Below, piece after piece: positions 48,721 through 58,993 of a stretch of 64,000 nucleotides of DNA. The notes under the pieces were generated by a model that saw nothing but the letters and a program-made list of their open reading frames with translations, did no database searches and was not told the DNA's origin. Made by a program: the position numbers and the translations under genes. How positions within the stretch are numbered: position 1 is the stretch's first letter; every line of letters starts with the position of its first letter. The stretch covers positions 62,001 through 126,000 of IMG/VR virus record IMGVR_UViG_3300042402_002641. One strand, written 5' to 3'.

Positions 48721-49550
48721 AAATAGCAGTGGTTACAACCTTCCACGAAGAAGGTCTTAGAAAATATGGTCAAAGAATGATCAACACATTCTGTGAAAAC
48801 TGGCCTGCTGAGGTGAAATTGCATATCTATCCTGAATCATGTAATCCCGCCATACGCGATCACAGTCATGTCACACTAAAAAGGTTAGAAGAAATTCCAG
48901 AACTCATGGCATTCAAAGAACGTTGGCAAAATGTTCCCAAGGCTAATGGAGATGTTTCGGCAGACCCTATAAGATCTCGAAGAAAAGACGCAGGCAAGGG
49001 ATTTAAATGGCATGCTGTGAGATTTGCACACAAAGTCTATGCTATTTTTCACTGTGCTCAAGAAACTGATGCAGATATATTGATATGGATGGACGCCGAT
49101 ACTATATGTCATAGTCCTATCACTGTACAGGACCTGCATAGAATGATCCCCATAGATAGTGAACTGTGTTATCTGGGCAGAAAAGGAAAATATTCAGAAT
49201 GCGGTCTGTATGCCATGAATCTAAGATCTCCGAACATACAAAATTTTCTAAAAGAATTCCAACGTATGTATGATGATGCCGAACATGGAATTTTTCTTCT
49301 TGAAGAATGGCATGACAGTTTCGTGTTTGATGCTGTTCGTGTAAAGTTTCCACAGATGCGTCAGTTAGATTGGGCGGCACATCTACATAACCTAAAACCT
49401 CATCCACACAGCAGCACAGGTGAAGGCCATCCTCTGATTAACAGCGAGTGGGGTGCATGGTTAGATCATCTAAAAGGTTCAAGAAAGAATCTTGGTCGCA
49501 GCAAACAAGAAGATTTGAAGGTGCAGCGTGACGAAGCGTATTGGCGCTAG
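48717..49550 (+). CDS. Glycosyltransferase-like protein
   Basis: AVRFAHKV, WMDAD, EWHDSFVFD, HLKG. Confidence 0.7.
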   Translation: MKIAVVTTFHEEGLRKYGQRMINTFCENWPAEVKLHIYPESCNPAIRDHSHVTLKRLEEIPELMAFKERWQNVPKANGDVSADPIRSRRKDAGKGFKWHAVRFAHKVYAIFHCAQETDADILIWMDADTICHSPITVQDLHRMIPIDSELCYLGRKGKYSECGLYAMNLRSPNIQNFLKEFQRMYDDAEHGIFLLEEWHDSFVFDAVRVKFPQMRQLDWAAHLHNLKPHPHSSTGEGHPLINSEWGAWLDHLKGSRKNLGRSKQEDLKVQRDEAYWR

Positions 49551-50473
49551 ATATATTTCTTAAAGAATTGCCAAGCTTCACCGGAACGCAGTTCATTGAA
49601 ATTCCAATGACACATTGCGATGCGTTCAATCCATGATTGTCTATCTGGCATCTCGGGATTTTCTAACAAACTAAGATCAGTATTGGCCACACCGTATGTC
49701 TGACTGTGTTGTGGGACTGGATCTGTGATGAATGCTGGAACTCCCTCGATCAAACTGGCTACACTAGGACTGCTGTTGTAAACCACAGTGGCCCATGCGT
49801 GCCTTAGATCATCGATTAATCTTTCATTGACACTAACATGCACATTCTTGTGATTAATTTTTAAAATCGATTTAATTTTTTTGTCTCCTGGATGAGTTCG
49901 CACGATGATAGGACGTTTTCTACTGTGTTGCCTAATCTGTGCAATGGTTTGATCTAACCATGTCTGCACACTAACTCCTCCCATGCTCCACCCGCCATGT
50001 CTTTGCAGACAGATCAATATATGATTGCCCTGTGCTCTCCACGGTTTAAGACTGATGTTGAGATCTTGGCTTATTTTTGACCAACGAGTAGAATCAATAT
50101 CTTGATCAAAATAAAATCCTGTGGTCGGAAACACTCCGTCGAAACTATATCTTAGATAGGTTTTGGTATTAGTTGGATCTGCGTATAGAAAAAGATTACT
50201 GTCTACAATAAGGCTTCGACGATTTGTTTTTTTCTGTAAATTCACAGCATCTTGTCTTAATTGCAAATGAGCTGCAGATTTGCCATGTTCATGCACAAAC
50301 CCCTGTATCAATGCAACATCACAAGATATCGCATTCATTCCTTGATGCTGTATAGCAGTATCACCGGATGCACGAACTCCTTGACAGAAATTATCTAAAA
50401 TCAGAGGCTTTTCTAGATTCCGATTATTAGGCGGAATTCCAGCATAGTAGGCCACAGCAGTGAGATTAGACAC
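49547..50473 (-). CDS. GT-B-like paralog 2
   Basis: IIVRTHP, YNSSPSVASLIEGVP. Confidence 0.6.
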   Translation of the reverse strand: MSNLTAVAYYAGIPPNNRNLEKPLILDNFCQGVRASGDTAIQHQGMNAISCDVALIQGFVHEHGKSAAHLQLRQDAVNLQKKTNRRSLIVDSNLFLYADPTNTKTYLRYSFDGVFPTTGFYFDQDIDSTRWSKISQDLNISLKPWRAQGNHILICLQRHGGWSMGGVSVQTWLDQTIAQIRQHSRKRPIIVRTHPGDKKIKSILKINHKNVHVSVNERLIDDLRHAWATVVYNSSPSVASLIEGVPAFITDPVPQHSQTYGVANTDLSLLENPEMPDRQSWIERIAMCHWNFNELRSGEAWQFFKKYI

Positions 50474-51560
50474 CGTGATAACGCCTCACGATATCTAAGG
50501 CAGTGCCGTCCATTAATTCATCAAAGGTGAATTGGCAATAGCTGAGCCAGGCCAACCAATCTCCCAGAGGTCCATAATATAGATCGTTAATCTCGTTTAG
50601 ATTGCTCTTTGTCACAGGATTACTCACATGCTTGTTCAAGGTAATAGCAGGAACTCCTGCCCATATAGATTCTATAGCACTATTGGAATTGATACTAACA
50701 GTGCAGTAGTAATCGCCGGTTAATAGTTGTTGATATAGGCTGGTTCTAGTTTTTTTATTTGTTTTCGATCTAAATTCAATAGGGCGATCTGTGTATTTTT
50801 TCAACTCGTCTGCTACCTTCTGTCCCCAAGATTTAGCCTCCACATGCATTATACCGGCAGCAAATTCTCCAGGTTCGACAATTAAAATTTTAGAGCCATC
50901 GTGTCGCCACGGTCTAGGAAAACTAGGGAAGATATCTAATCGATTTACTGGTGCTACAAAATTACGATTGAAATGTAAATGATTTCTTACTAGTCTATGC
51001 CACTTCTTATTGGGCTCTATAAAATTAGTGTACCCGCTGTCAATAAACCAAAAAGGCAGATCGTGATCTATTTTATTAACAAGTATCTGTTCGTTGCCCA
51101 CGGTGTTACGCAGAAGACAATCTTCTTCCACTGAATCAAAATGTCTGCGTCTCATCATTTCTGCGACTGGATCGATTTGAAGCCCTACAGTTTTAATAAA
51201 ATTTTGTTTTGGATGGAATTTATAGAGTTCTAATATCTGTTCTTCTCCTAGTCTATCTATGAGAACATCTATGTGTTGATGTATATTTTTATAAAAATAT
51301 TCTTTGTGATTGCTGATCTGTTGATTTATCAAATCCATCCATGCTTTGAGATCTTTGCGAATTCCCTGAGTGATCTTTTGTTTGATTTTATCTCTATGTT
51401 TTTCTAAATTGAATCTAGGTTTATTTTTTGTTTCGATAATCCAATGAATCATTCCAGCAGTATGGCGCTCGTCAAATTCAATGTGTTTGCAGGCATCCGA
51501 GACATTGACCAATTCAATCAAAAATCTAGCGATTTCTTTGTCGTTAAGTAGCAGTTTCAT
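50466..51560 (-). CDS. GT-B-like paralog 3
   Basis: IDSGY, WHRLVRN, NSNSAIESIWAGVP, YCQF. Confidence 0.6.
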   Translation of the reverse strand: MKLLLNDKEIARFLIELVNVSDACKHIEFDERHTAGMIHWIIETKNKPRFNLEKHRDKIKQKITQGIRKDLKAWMDLINQQISNHKEYFYKNIHQHIDVLIDRLGEEQILELYKFHPKQNFIKTVGLQIDPVAEMMRRRHFDSVEEDCLLRNTVGNEQILVNKIDHDLPFWFIDSGYTNFIEPNKKWHRLVRNHLHFNRNFVAPVNRLDIFPSFPRPWRHDGSKILIVEPGEFAAGIMHVEAKSWGQKVADELKKYTDRPIEFRSKTNKKTRTSLYQQLLTGDYYCTVSINSNSAIESIWAGVPAITLNKHVSNPVTKSNLNEINDLYYGPLGDWLAWLSYCQFTFDELMDGTALDIVRRYHGV

Positions 51561-52323
51561 TTAATATTTTCCATGCTGTGCCATTGGCCATTTCTTCTTG
51601 GGTGAATTGGCCATATGCCAACCAGTGGCATTGTTTCATCATAGTTTCTTGTGAAGGCCTATAAAGATTCTTTAACATTGAAAGATCAGTAGATGCTAAC
51701 GGTGAAGCTGCACAAGGTACACTGACAAAAGCCGGTATACCATAAAGTACACTTTCTAATGACGCAATGCTGTTAAACGACACCGTGGCATATACTCCGG
51801 AATCAAAAGCGGAGTAAATGGAATATCCGTGATTTCTTTCGCTTCTTGATCCTTTAACTCTAACCTCAATGGGGAGATTGGAGTAGATCTTTATTTTTTC
51901 TGTGGTTTCTTCAATCCACTGTTCACAATCAATATCATAGTATCTGCAGGCCTTAGGATTAGGTAATACCAATAGTATTTTCTTGTTGTAGTTTTTCCAA
52001 CCAGACCACTGCAGTCTAGGATCTTGTTTGACTAATCTTTGCCATCTATCTGACGGCATATGCTGTGATACACTATGCTGCAGGTCATTTTTAACTACTC
52101 TATGCCACAGTTTTTTACCAGAAGTATTGCCTATACTAGGAAAATTTCCTAGATATCCTGTGTCTATATAATAAAAATCTCTTTTATTTTTTTGACATTC
52201 AACTATTTCACTTTTGCTAGTAACGCCTCGAACCACCATCGGTTTATTGTTGTCAGCCATATCCACAGTACAAACGCCGTTGGATCCATTTACCAATGAT
52301 TCTTCTAAAGATAAATCTTTCAT
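51544..52323 (-). CDS. GT-B-like paralog 4
   Basis: IDTGY, WHRVVKN, FNSIASLESVLYGIP, AYGQF. Confidence 0.6.
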   Translation of the reverse strand: MKDLSLEESLVNGSNGVCTVDMADNNKPMVVRGVTSKSEIVECQKNKRDFYYIDTGYLGNFPSIGNTSGKKLWHRVVKNDLQHSVSQHMPSDRWQRLVKQDPRLQWSGWKNYNKKILLVLPNPKACRYYDIDCEQWIEETTEKIKIYSNLPIEVRVKGSRSERNHGYSIYSAFDSGVYATVSFNSIASLESVLYGIPAFVSVPCAASPLASTDLSMLKNLYRPSQETMMKQCHWLAYGQFTQEEMANGTAWKILNETAT

Positions 52324-53114
52324 GATTTTAATAACATTTCTATGGCTTTGCCGTTGCGCAATTCGCTGTTGTGGAATTGACCGTAGGCCAAATGGCAGGC
52401 CCATTGATAAACTTCATCGCTGTCTGGGTAACAAGGAGTTTCTATCAAAGAAAGATCCTGCAGTCCCATTGGCTCAGCTGCATTAGTTGGTGCTAGGGTA
52501 AACACTGGAATGCCGTGAAACACAGATTCTACAGCAGCCACACTGTTAAAAGTCACAAGTGCGAACACATCGTCATCTAATGCTTCCTGTAGTGTGTTGT
52601 GCTGTATTCTATCTATGCGTTTGGCCGCACGATCCCTGATTTCTATAGGCCTGTCAGTGTGTTTACGGATAGTGTCAACGGTATTCTGCAGCCATAGATC
52701 CATGTCGTAGTCGTAGAATCTCATTGGCTTATCATCAGGCTTTGCGATTAATATTTTAGATCCTGTTTTTTTCCAAGGTGAAATTGTTTTCTTAAAATTC
52801 TTAAATCTGTCATCAGATCTTGGTACGACATGTTTGTGTTGTAGATCGTTCTTTACAATTCTGTGCCAATACTTCCAACCATTAGGATTACTGGCAGTTA
52901 TCTCGTTGCCAAAGTATCCTGTGTCTACGTAGTAAAATGTTCTACCATCGGCTAAACAACGATGTATGATTTTTTTCTTGAGTATGCCTCTAAGCACAAT
53001 AGGTTCAGAACTGGCATCATAATCGAAGTCGTTGGTATTGGTGACTTTTTTACCACAACCCTGTGCCAACATATTAATATAGGGATCCTGGCCGTCTTTG
53101 CTGAGGAAGATCAT
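52320..53114 (-). CDS. GT-B-like paralog 5
   Basis: VDTGY, WHRIVKN, FNSVAAVESVFHGIP, AYGQF. Confidence 0.6.
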   Translation of the reverse strand: MIFLSKDGQDPYINMLAQGCGKKVTNTNDFDYDASSEPIVLRGILKKKIIHRCLADGRTFYYVDTGYFGNEITASNPNGWKYWHRIVKNDLQHKHVVPRSDDRFKNFKKTISPWKKTGSKILIAKPDDKPMRFYDYDMDLWLQNTVDTIRKHTDRPIEIRDRAAKRIDRIQHNTLQEALDDDVFALVTFNSVAAVESVFHGIPVFTLAPTNAAEPMGLQDLSLIETPCYPDSDEVYQWACHLAYGQFHNSELRNGKAIEMLLKS

Positions 53115-53758
53115 TTTTTAATTCTAATTGAACATTGCATATGTCTGCTTCGCAGCAAGGGTTCGAATTCTCGATCGTATTCAATTACCCATTCTTTTAA
53201 TGCTTTAAATTCACCGTGTTGCCATTCTAGATATATTTCGTGACCGCCCCAAGGATACAATTCGTCGAAAAGTATAATTGTGCCTGGTACGATAAACGGA
53301 TTTAACATAGTTAAAATATCTCTAGCACTCGAATAAAGATCGCTGTCAATATGAATGAATTTTATTTCAGATTGATTATTCTGTATCCATTGAGGCAATG
53401 TTTCTTTAAAAAATCCTTTTACTAATTTAACATTCTTACCAAATTTAGGTAGCTCATCAATACGAAAATGGCCTTTTGGATGGGAGGGTTCTGTTTTAGA
53501 AATCGTAAACCAATCTTCAGGTAACCCCTCGAAGCTATCGAATCCCCATACTACTTCAGAGGGAAAATGATTCGATATCATTCTAAGGCTTTTTCCTTTC
53601 CATACACCAAATTCTAAAATTGATCCACTTATCATTGGCAGATCTAAAACTTGATATAGGTGCCATTTTCTATCAATACTCACTCCTTCATACTCTTCAT
53701 CTATAACTGTGAAATTATCTAGAAAATTTTCTGAAAAATTAAATTTATTTGTAATCAT
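53111..53758 (-). CDS. TylF/MycF-like O-methyltransferase
   Basis: LEFGVWKG, GFDSFEGLP, VKGFFKETL, HIDSDLYSS, FDE. Confidence 0.85.
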   Translation of the reverse strand: MITNKFNFSENFLDNFTVIDEEYEGVSIDRKWHLYQVLDLPMISGSILEFGVWKGKSLRMISNHFPSEVVWGFDSFEGLPEDWFTISKTEPSHPKGHFRIDELPKFGKNVKLVKGFFKETLPQWIQNNQSEIKFIHIDSDLYSSARDILTMLNPFIVPGTIILFDELYPWGGHEIYLEWQHGEFKALKEWVIEYDREFEPLLRSRHMQCSIRIKK

Positions 53759-54432
53759 AGTCCGTGCTGTAGACAGTAGTCAGTGTAGATGCGTTCTCGG
53801 TGCCATTCGTCACCCATCGGAGTAGTAGCAAAATCATGAAAGCTAGGAGTTCCTAGAGTGTAATGTAGTAATTTTGCTCCAGGGTTGGCACCGTACTCGT
53901 CGGGTAGCCAATTCCATTCGATGGGTAATTGTCCCACTAGATTAGCATCTAACCATGTGAATCTGTGCAAGGTAGCACCGGTAGCAGACTGTATAAAATC
54001 GGTAGTTACAGATCGGTTAGCAGGATGTCCGCAATTCCAAAGTATCACACTACTCCAATTTTTACAAGGATAATTTTCATTTTTAGAACCGAGATATTTT
54101 TCAGTCATTTTAGTTTTATAATCATGTTTGACAACCATAACTGCTTTTGACTCGTCTCGTAGTGCCCATAGTTTTTCAATGTCATCACGCAACAGCATGT
54201 CTCCATCCATAAATATTGCCCAACCCTTGTATTCCATGAGATGAGGAACAAGGAAACGACTATAGATAAAATGATTACTGCCATCTGTGTGCTGTTCTTT
54301 ATAGTCTTTTAATATGTTTAGAGCTAATGGTGATATCGATACTGGCTGGCTTGAATGTCTAATGATACTATTCGTGCATACATGGTATGCTATGGCTTCC
54401 CGAGGATCGTATCCGATAAAAATTGGTATCAT
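53755..54432 (-). CDS. Glycosyltransferase (GT8-like)
   Basis: FIGYDPRE, FIYSRF, FMDGDM, KNWSS, WNWL, HYTLGTP. Confidence 0.8.
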   Translation of the reverse strand: MIPIFIGYDPREAIAYHVCTNSIIRHSSQPVSISPLALNILKDYKEQHTDGSNHFIYSRFLVPHLMEYKGWAIFMDGDMLLRDDIEKLWALRDESKAVMVVKHDYKTKMTEKYLGSKNENYPCKNWSSVILWNCGHPANRSVTTDFIQSATGATLHRFTWLDANLVGQLPIEWNWLPDEYGANPGAKLLHYTLGTPSFHDFATTPMGDEWHRERIYTDYCLQHGL

Positions 54433-55193
54433 AATCTTTCTATATCCTCTTCTATGCACTGATCTCCGTATTGTATTTCTACAACTTTCAGAGGCTGGTC
54501 GGTTTCATTGCATAATTTATGCCATTGATGTTGGTTAATATGTATGTGTTGAAATCGAGTAAACTCGCCTAGCAGGTCCATATCTGTAGATTTGTCGACG
54601 GTATAGACAGTGGCTGTGCCTTCAGATACAAACCAATGTTCTGCTCGATTTTGATGGCGTTGCATACTGAGACAGGTCTTAGGTAGTACTGTAAGTTCTT
54701 TGACCTTAACTTCTCGATCTTGTTCATGCAATACCCGATAGTAGCCCCAGGCCCTACCAATCTTAGGAGCCTTCCATTCTTCTAATATCCACGAACTAGA
54801 ATTGGCCTTGTTAAATCCGCCAACACCGAATGCAAATTCAAGATGGTTATCTTCAAATTCCATCTCTGGTATATTAGCATCTGTGCGATCGCCGCCATTG
54901 GCAAACACAATCTTATGATCTGGCCATGTCTGCCTGGCTAACTTTATAGCCTGTTTGGCGCTGCCATCATCGTCATTAAACTCTAAAACAAAATCTACAT
55001 CTTTGATATTTTTGACGATATTCATGCGTTCGTCCCAAGGCATAAATGCTCGGCCTTTTTTACGAACTAACCACGCATCAGAATTAACACCAACAACTAG
55101 CGTGTCTCCTAATTGTTTTGCTGCACGAAAGTAGGCGATGTGCCCGGAGTGTAGAGGATCAAATCCTCCTGTGACAAGTACTAAGGTTTTCAT
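54429..55193 (-). CDS. Cytidylyltransferase fused to mannose-6-phosphate-isomerase-type cupin
   Basis: GGFDPLHSGH (HxGH), ANGGDR, SSS; RAWGYY, SMQRHQNRAEHW, EIQYG..EEDIER. Confidence 0.85.
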   Translation of the reverse strand: MKTLVLVTGGFDPLHSGHIAYFRAAKQLGDTLVVGVNSDAWLVRKKGRAFMPWDERMNIVKNIKDVDFVLEFNDDDGSAKQAIKLARQTWPDHKIVFANGGDRTDANIPEMEFEDNHLEFAFGVGGFNKANSSSWILEEWKAPKIGRAWGYYRVLHEQDREVKVKELTVLPKTCLSMQRHQNRAEHWFVSEGTATVYTVDKSTDMDLLGEFTRFQHIHINQHQWHKLCNETDQPLKVVEIQYGDQCIEEDIERL

Positions 55194-55220
55194 GCAGATA
55201 TTTATCTGCACATATAATGA

Positions 55221-56189
55221 CTAACTTAAAAGATTGGCTTGATAATATGAGGAATTTTTCAACCATTGATAATAACGTTCGAAACCTTCCTCTATGTCTA
55301 TCTTAGGATCAAATCCGAAATCTTGCCGTGCAGCAGAAATGTCTAAGGCACCGCGACTAGGAAAATCTTGATCTTTATCACCGATAGCAATACTACCATT
55401 GCCAACTAATTCCACCGCTAATTGTGCGGCTGCGTACAAGGTTTTACTATGGCTTTTGGTTATATTGTATGTTTTGTTTTTGGTCTTTTCACTTAACAAT
55501 GCCTGTACTATACCCTGGGCTGCGTCGTCAACGTAGGTGAAATCTAAAGTTTCATGAATGCCGTTTACCTTTAATACACCGCCTCTCATGGCAGTAAGCA
55601 GAAACTTTGAAATAACACGATCCTCAACATCTAATGGTCCATACACCGCACTAGGTCTAAAGATAGTATGATCGATACCTTTACGTTGGTAATCTCTCAC
55701 CAACCACTCGCCTGCCAACTTCATTATACCGTACTGACCCTGTGGACGGCAAACAGCATCTTCTTTGACATAATCTTTAAAATCACCATAGACCATACTG
55801 GAGCTGGCATACAGGAATCTCGGACATTGGTATTTCACACTGGCCTCTAATAGGTTCAGTAGTCCTTCACTCATAACTTTAGCGCCTTGCGCAGGATCAG
55901 CATTGACTACTTTTTGCCGGGGAAATGATGCTAGATGTATAACTGCTGAGGGTCGATAGTGTCTAAACAACCATTCTACACTATCTCTTTCGCTGATGTC
56001 AACGCGATGTATTTTATCAGTTGTGATTAAGTTTAATCTTTGAGAAATTAGATAATCGATTTCAGCCTGAGGTATAATACCGTAGTTGGTTCTAGTGTCA
56101 GTAATTACCACTTGTTCACCAAGATCTTCTAATTTCTTAACTACGTGGTGGCCTATTAATCCTAGGCCACCAGTTACTAAAATTGTCAT
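55221..56189 (-). CDS. NAD-dependent epimerase/dehydratase
   Basis: TGGLGLIG, ASSSMVYG, YGIMK, DFTYVDD. Confidence 0.9.
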   Translation of the reverse strand: MTILVTGGLGLIGHHVVKKLEDLGEQVVITDTRTNYGIIPQAEIDYLISQRLNLITTDKIHRVDISERDSVEWLFRHYRPSAVIHLASFPRQKVVNADPAQGAKVMSEGLLNLLEASVKYQCPRFLYASSSMVYGDFKDYVKEDAVCRPQGQYGIMKLAGEWLVRDYQRKGIDHTIFRPSAVYGPLDVEDRVISKFLLTAMRGGVLKVNGIHETLDFTYVDDAAQGIVQALLSEKTKNKTYNITKSHSKTLYAAAQLAVELVGNGSIAIGDKDQDFPSRGALDISAARQDFGFDPKIDIEEGFERYYQWLKNSSYYQANLLS

Positions 56190-56641
56190 AGAGTAGCGTC
56201 TTCTAGTCCTGCGGTTCTAAGTTTGACGATATTACTCAACTGCCATTGCTTGATATCTAAGGCTTTGATAATGCCTAGCCATTTATTGCGTAGCAGAGCA
56301 AAGTCATTGATGATCTTTTCAAAATCTACAACATCAGCTTCACCTTCCACAAACTTTTCACAGTCTCTGGAACTGAGCTGACGTTGATAGTTTTCGAGAT
56401 ATTTACGAAAGTGTTGACTACGAAGTCTACGAAGTTCGATATTGAGATATTCTAGGATACCCTCAATTTCTTGCAATTGATTGAACCGAGTTTCTACGAT
56501 GCCAGGCATCTGCGCAGAGGCTTTCTCGATGCTTCCCGTTACACGGACATCTTGTTTTGCTGAAAGTAATTCAGCTTCATAATAGGCCACGGCATCGGGA
56601 ATATTCGAAATATCCTTGGAAACTCGATCATACCAATTCAT
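56186..56641 (-). CDS. uvsY: UvsY-like recombination mediator
   Basis: Helical ~150 aa near uvsX; KYLENY, ALDIKQWQLSNIVKLR.AG. Confidence 0.65.
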   Translation of the reverse strand: MNWYDRVSKDISNIPDAVAYYEAELLSAKQDVRVTGSIEKASAQMPGIVETRFNQLQEIEGILEYLNIELRRLRSQHFRKYLENYQRQLSSRDCEKFVEGEADVVDFEKIINDFALLRNKWLGIIKALDIKQWQLSNIVKLRTAGLEDATL

Positions 56642-56869
56642 TTATTCCTCGTCGTCTTCGTATTCTTCTTCGATTTCCTCACCATCAATAGCATATTCGA
56701 TGGCATCGTCTAGATAGGGATCTACTCCTTGCAGTGACTCTAACACAGAGTCTTTGATACCGTGGTCTAATAGTGTGTTAACAAAATCAGCGGCAACATC
56801 AGCTCGTTGTTTTTCTGGAATATGACCAATCACTACATTCCATATATCGGCGATTAAATCTTCTTTCAT
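56642..56869 (-). CDS. Small acidic protein
   Basis: 75 aa between uvsX and uvsY. Confidence 0.6.
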   Translation of the reverse strand: MKEDLIADIWNVVIGHIPEKQRADVAADFVNTLLDHGIKDSVLESLQGVDPYLDDAIEYAIDGEEIEEEYEDDEE

Positions 56870-57945
56870 TCGGCTTCCTCCAAGTCTGGTTCAACTGTAG
56901 TAGTTATCTCAGAAATGGATTTTTCACCGTGTTTTGATACATCTGCCATGGCCTTGTCAAGACCGAGATTGTCATTGCGTTCCCAAGCCTTGCGGAATTG
57001 TTTAATGATCTCGCCATCGGCAGTGGTATAGACTAGGCTGTTTCCTTCTTTCTTGAGCATGCCTTTGGCTTCGAACAGGTCGACCAGTCCACTATATGGA
57101 TTCATACCTGTTTCATAAGGAATCTTCACCTGCACTGATTCAAAAGGTTTAGCATATCGTGTTTTCATAACCTTGCAAGCAGCACGGATACCTTTGACCT
57201 CTGAAATCTTGTTACCGTCTTCGTCTTCTTTGAGTTTCAGCTTACGCATGGCCACTACGATTGAACTGGCGTAGATAAAACCCTGACCACCGCTGATCTT
57301 GTCATCTGGATCAAACATGTCTTGGCTGGCATAGGTATGATTAGTACACACCAAACCGATATTAAGACTACCAAACATGTTCACACAGTTGCGAACCAGT
57401 GCCGTAAGTGCTTTGGGCTTACGGCCCATGTCACCTTTGAGATCCCCGGCTTCAAACTGATTAACATCCGTGGGAGTCAGTAACATTCCAAGACTGTCTA
57501 TCACGAACAAGATCTTAGGACGTGTGGCTTCATCCATGGATTTATATTCTGCTACGAACTCCACGATGGTCTTGGCCACATCATCGATCATGGCCATGTT
57601 CAACTTCATCAATTTATCTTCTGAAGTGTCTACGCCTAAGGCTTCTAGCCAATCTTTATCTAAGGCGTTTTCTGTGTCAATCAATATAGGAAATATGCCC
57701 GATGCCTGTGCGTTCTTGACCAAGTTACCGGCACAGATAAAACTCTTGCCTGCACCAGACTCACCAGCAAACACAGTGACCTTACCTAGGGGAATACCTT
57801 TGTAAAAATCTCCACTGATCAAATAGTTCAGTGCGAAGTTGTTGGTTGAGATCCAGTCTACTGGATCATTGAAGCCAATACTAAGTCCTTCGATGCTCTT
57901 AGTAATTGACTTTCTAAATTTAGAAATATCAAATGCTTTTGCCAT
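56866..57945 (-). CDS. uvsX: RecA-like recombinase UvsX
   Basis: GESGAGKS, DTENA, VIDSLGML, NHTY, SGGQG. Confidence 0.93.
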   Translation of the reverse strand: MAKAFDISKFRKSITKSIEGLSIGFNDPVDWISTNNFALNYLISGDFYKGIPLGKVTVFAGESGAGKSFICAGNLVKNAQASGIFPILIDTENALDKDWLEALGVDTSEDKLMKLNMAMIDDVAKTIVEFVAEYKSMDEATRPKILFVIDSLGMLLTPTDVNQFEAGDLKGDMGRKPKALTALVRNCVNMFGSLNIGLVCTNHTYASQDMFDPDDKISGGQGFIYASSIVVAMRKLKLKEDEDGNKISEVKGIRAACKVMKTRYAKPFESVQVKIPYETGMNPYSGLVDLFEAKGMLKKEGNSLVYTTADGEIIKQFRKAWERNDNLGLDKAMADVSKHGEKSISEITTTVEPDLEEAE

Positions 57946-58012
57946 ATTATTATCCTGTGATGAGAAGAACTCGGGCGTAAGAACTACGTCTCATTGGCCC
58001 GAGCCGTGTTAA

Positions 58013-58993
58013 TTACTGCTTTTGACGATTGCGAATCATTGCAAGAATATCTTGCGCACGACTAGCACCTTCTGCGGTTGCTGCTGCTGGTGCTGCTGGT
58101 GTTGCAACAGGAGCGGCCTTTGGAGCAGGAGCATCATCTGCATCTTCATCAACTGGTGCTGCACGAGCAGCGACCTTGTTAGGATCGCCAGTGGCCTGTC
58201 CCATGCCTGCTGGTTTGAAATATTGACCCCAACGATCCATATCGTAGGCTTCGCCATCTACAGATGCTTCAAACATCTCTTTCATGACCTTGAGCTCAAC
58301 ATCTGTGGGCTTCTTAGGAAGGAACCCACTTAGATCAAAAAGTCCGTGACTGTCAATGGCTGATTTTTCAACATCGCTCAAAGCACGTTCTCTGCGGCTC
58401 CACTTTGATGTAGAGTAGTCAGCAAATCCGCCTTTAGATGTCTTAGCAATACGGAAGTCTAGACCTTTCAGGAAGTCTGTTGGCAGTTCATCTAGTTCTG
58501 GATCCATCAATGCCGAGCGGATGATGTTGTAGATCTGAGGACCAATGATAAATCTACGGATTGGATTTTCTGGAATCTTATCTTCCTTGATTGGATCTTC
58601 AACTACAAAACCTTGGAAAATGTATGAACGTTTTTTCCAATACTTACGACCCATTTCTTCTAGTGATTTGTCCTTGAACCAACCACGTACCTCTGCTAGG
58701 ATCGGGCAAACTGTACCGTCGTTGTACATTTCAACGCAAGGGACTTGCACTTGAACTGGACGACTGTCTGTTTCACCTTTGATACCTGCGAACGGCAATT
58801 TGATCATTGCTCGTTCTACCCAGAAAAATGTGTTGTTGGGATTACCGTCGGGTAGCAAGCGAATTACTGCTTCCTTACCTTCCTGCATGTTCCAGTGTGG
58901 GTAAATTGCGTTGTCTCCACCGCCGGTGGATTGTCCTGTGGACTTTGATTGTGCTTCTTGAAGTTTAGCACGGATTTCTGATAATGTAGCCAT
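58013..58993 (-). CDS. Single-stranded DNA-binding protein (T4 gp32-like)
   Basis: IRLLP, CPI, YWKKRSY, GFADYSTS, acidic/Ala-rich tail; AAGGAGG RBS. Confidence 0.85.
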   Translation of the reverse strand: MATLSEIRAKLQEAQSKSTGQSTGGGDNAIYPHWNMQEGKEAVIRLLPDGNPNNTFFWVERAMIKLPFAGIKGETDSRPVQVQVPCVEMYNDGTVCPILAEVRGWFKDKSLEEMGRKYWKKRSYIFQGFVVEDPIKEDKIPENPIRRFIIGPQIYNIIRSALMDPELDELPTDFLKGLDFRIAKTSKGGFADYSTSKWSRRERALSDVEKSAIDSHGLFDLSGFLPKKPTDVELKVMKEMFEASVDGEAYDMDRWGQYFKPAGMGQATGDPNKVAARAAPVDEDADDAPAPKAAPVATPAAPAAATAEGASRAQDILAMIRNRQKQ

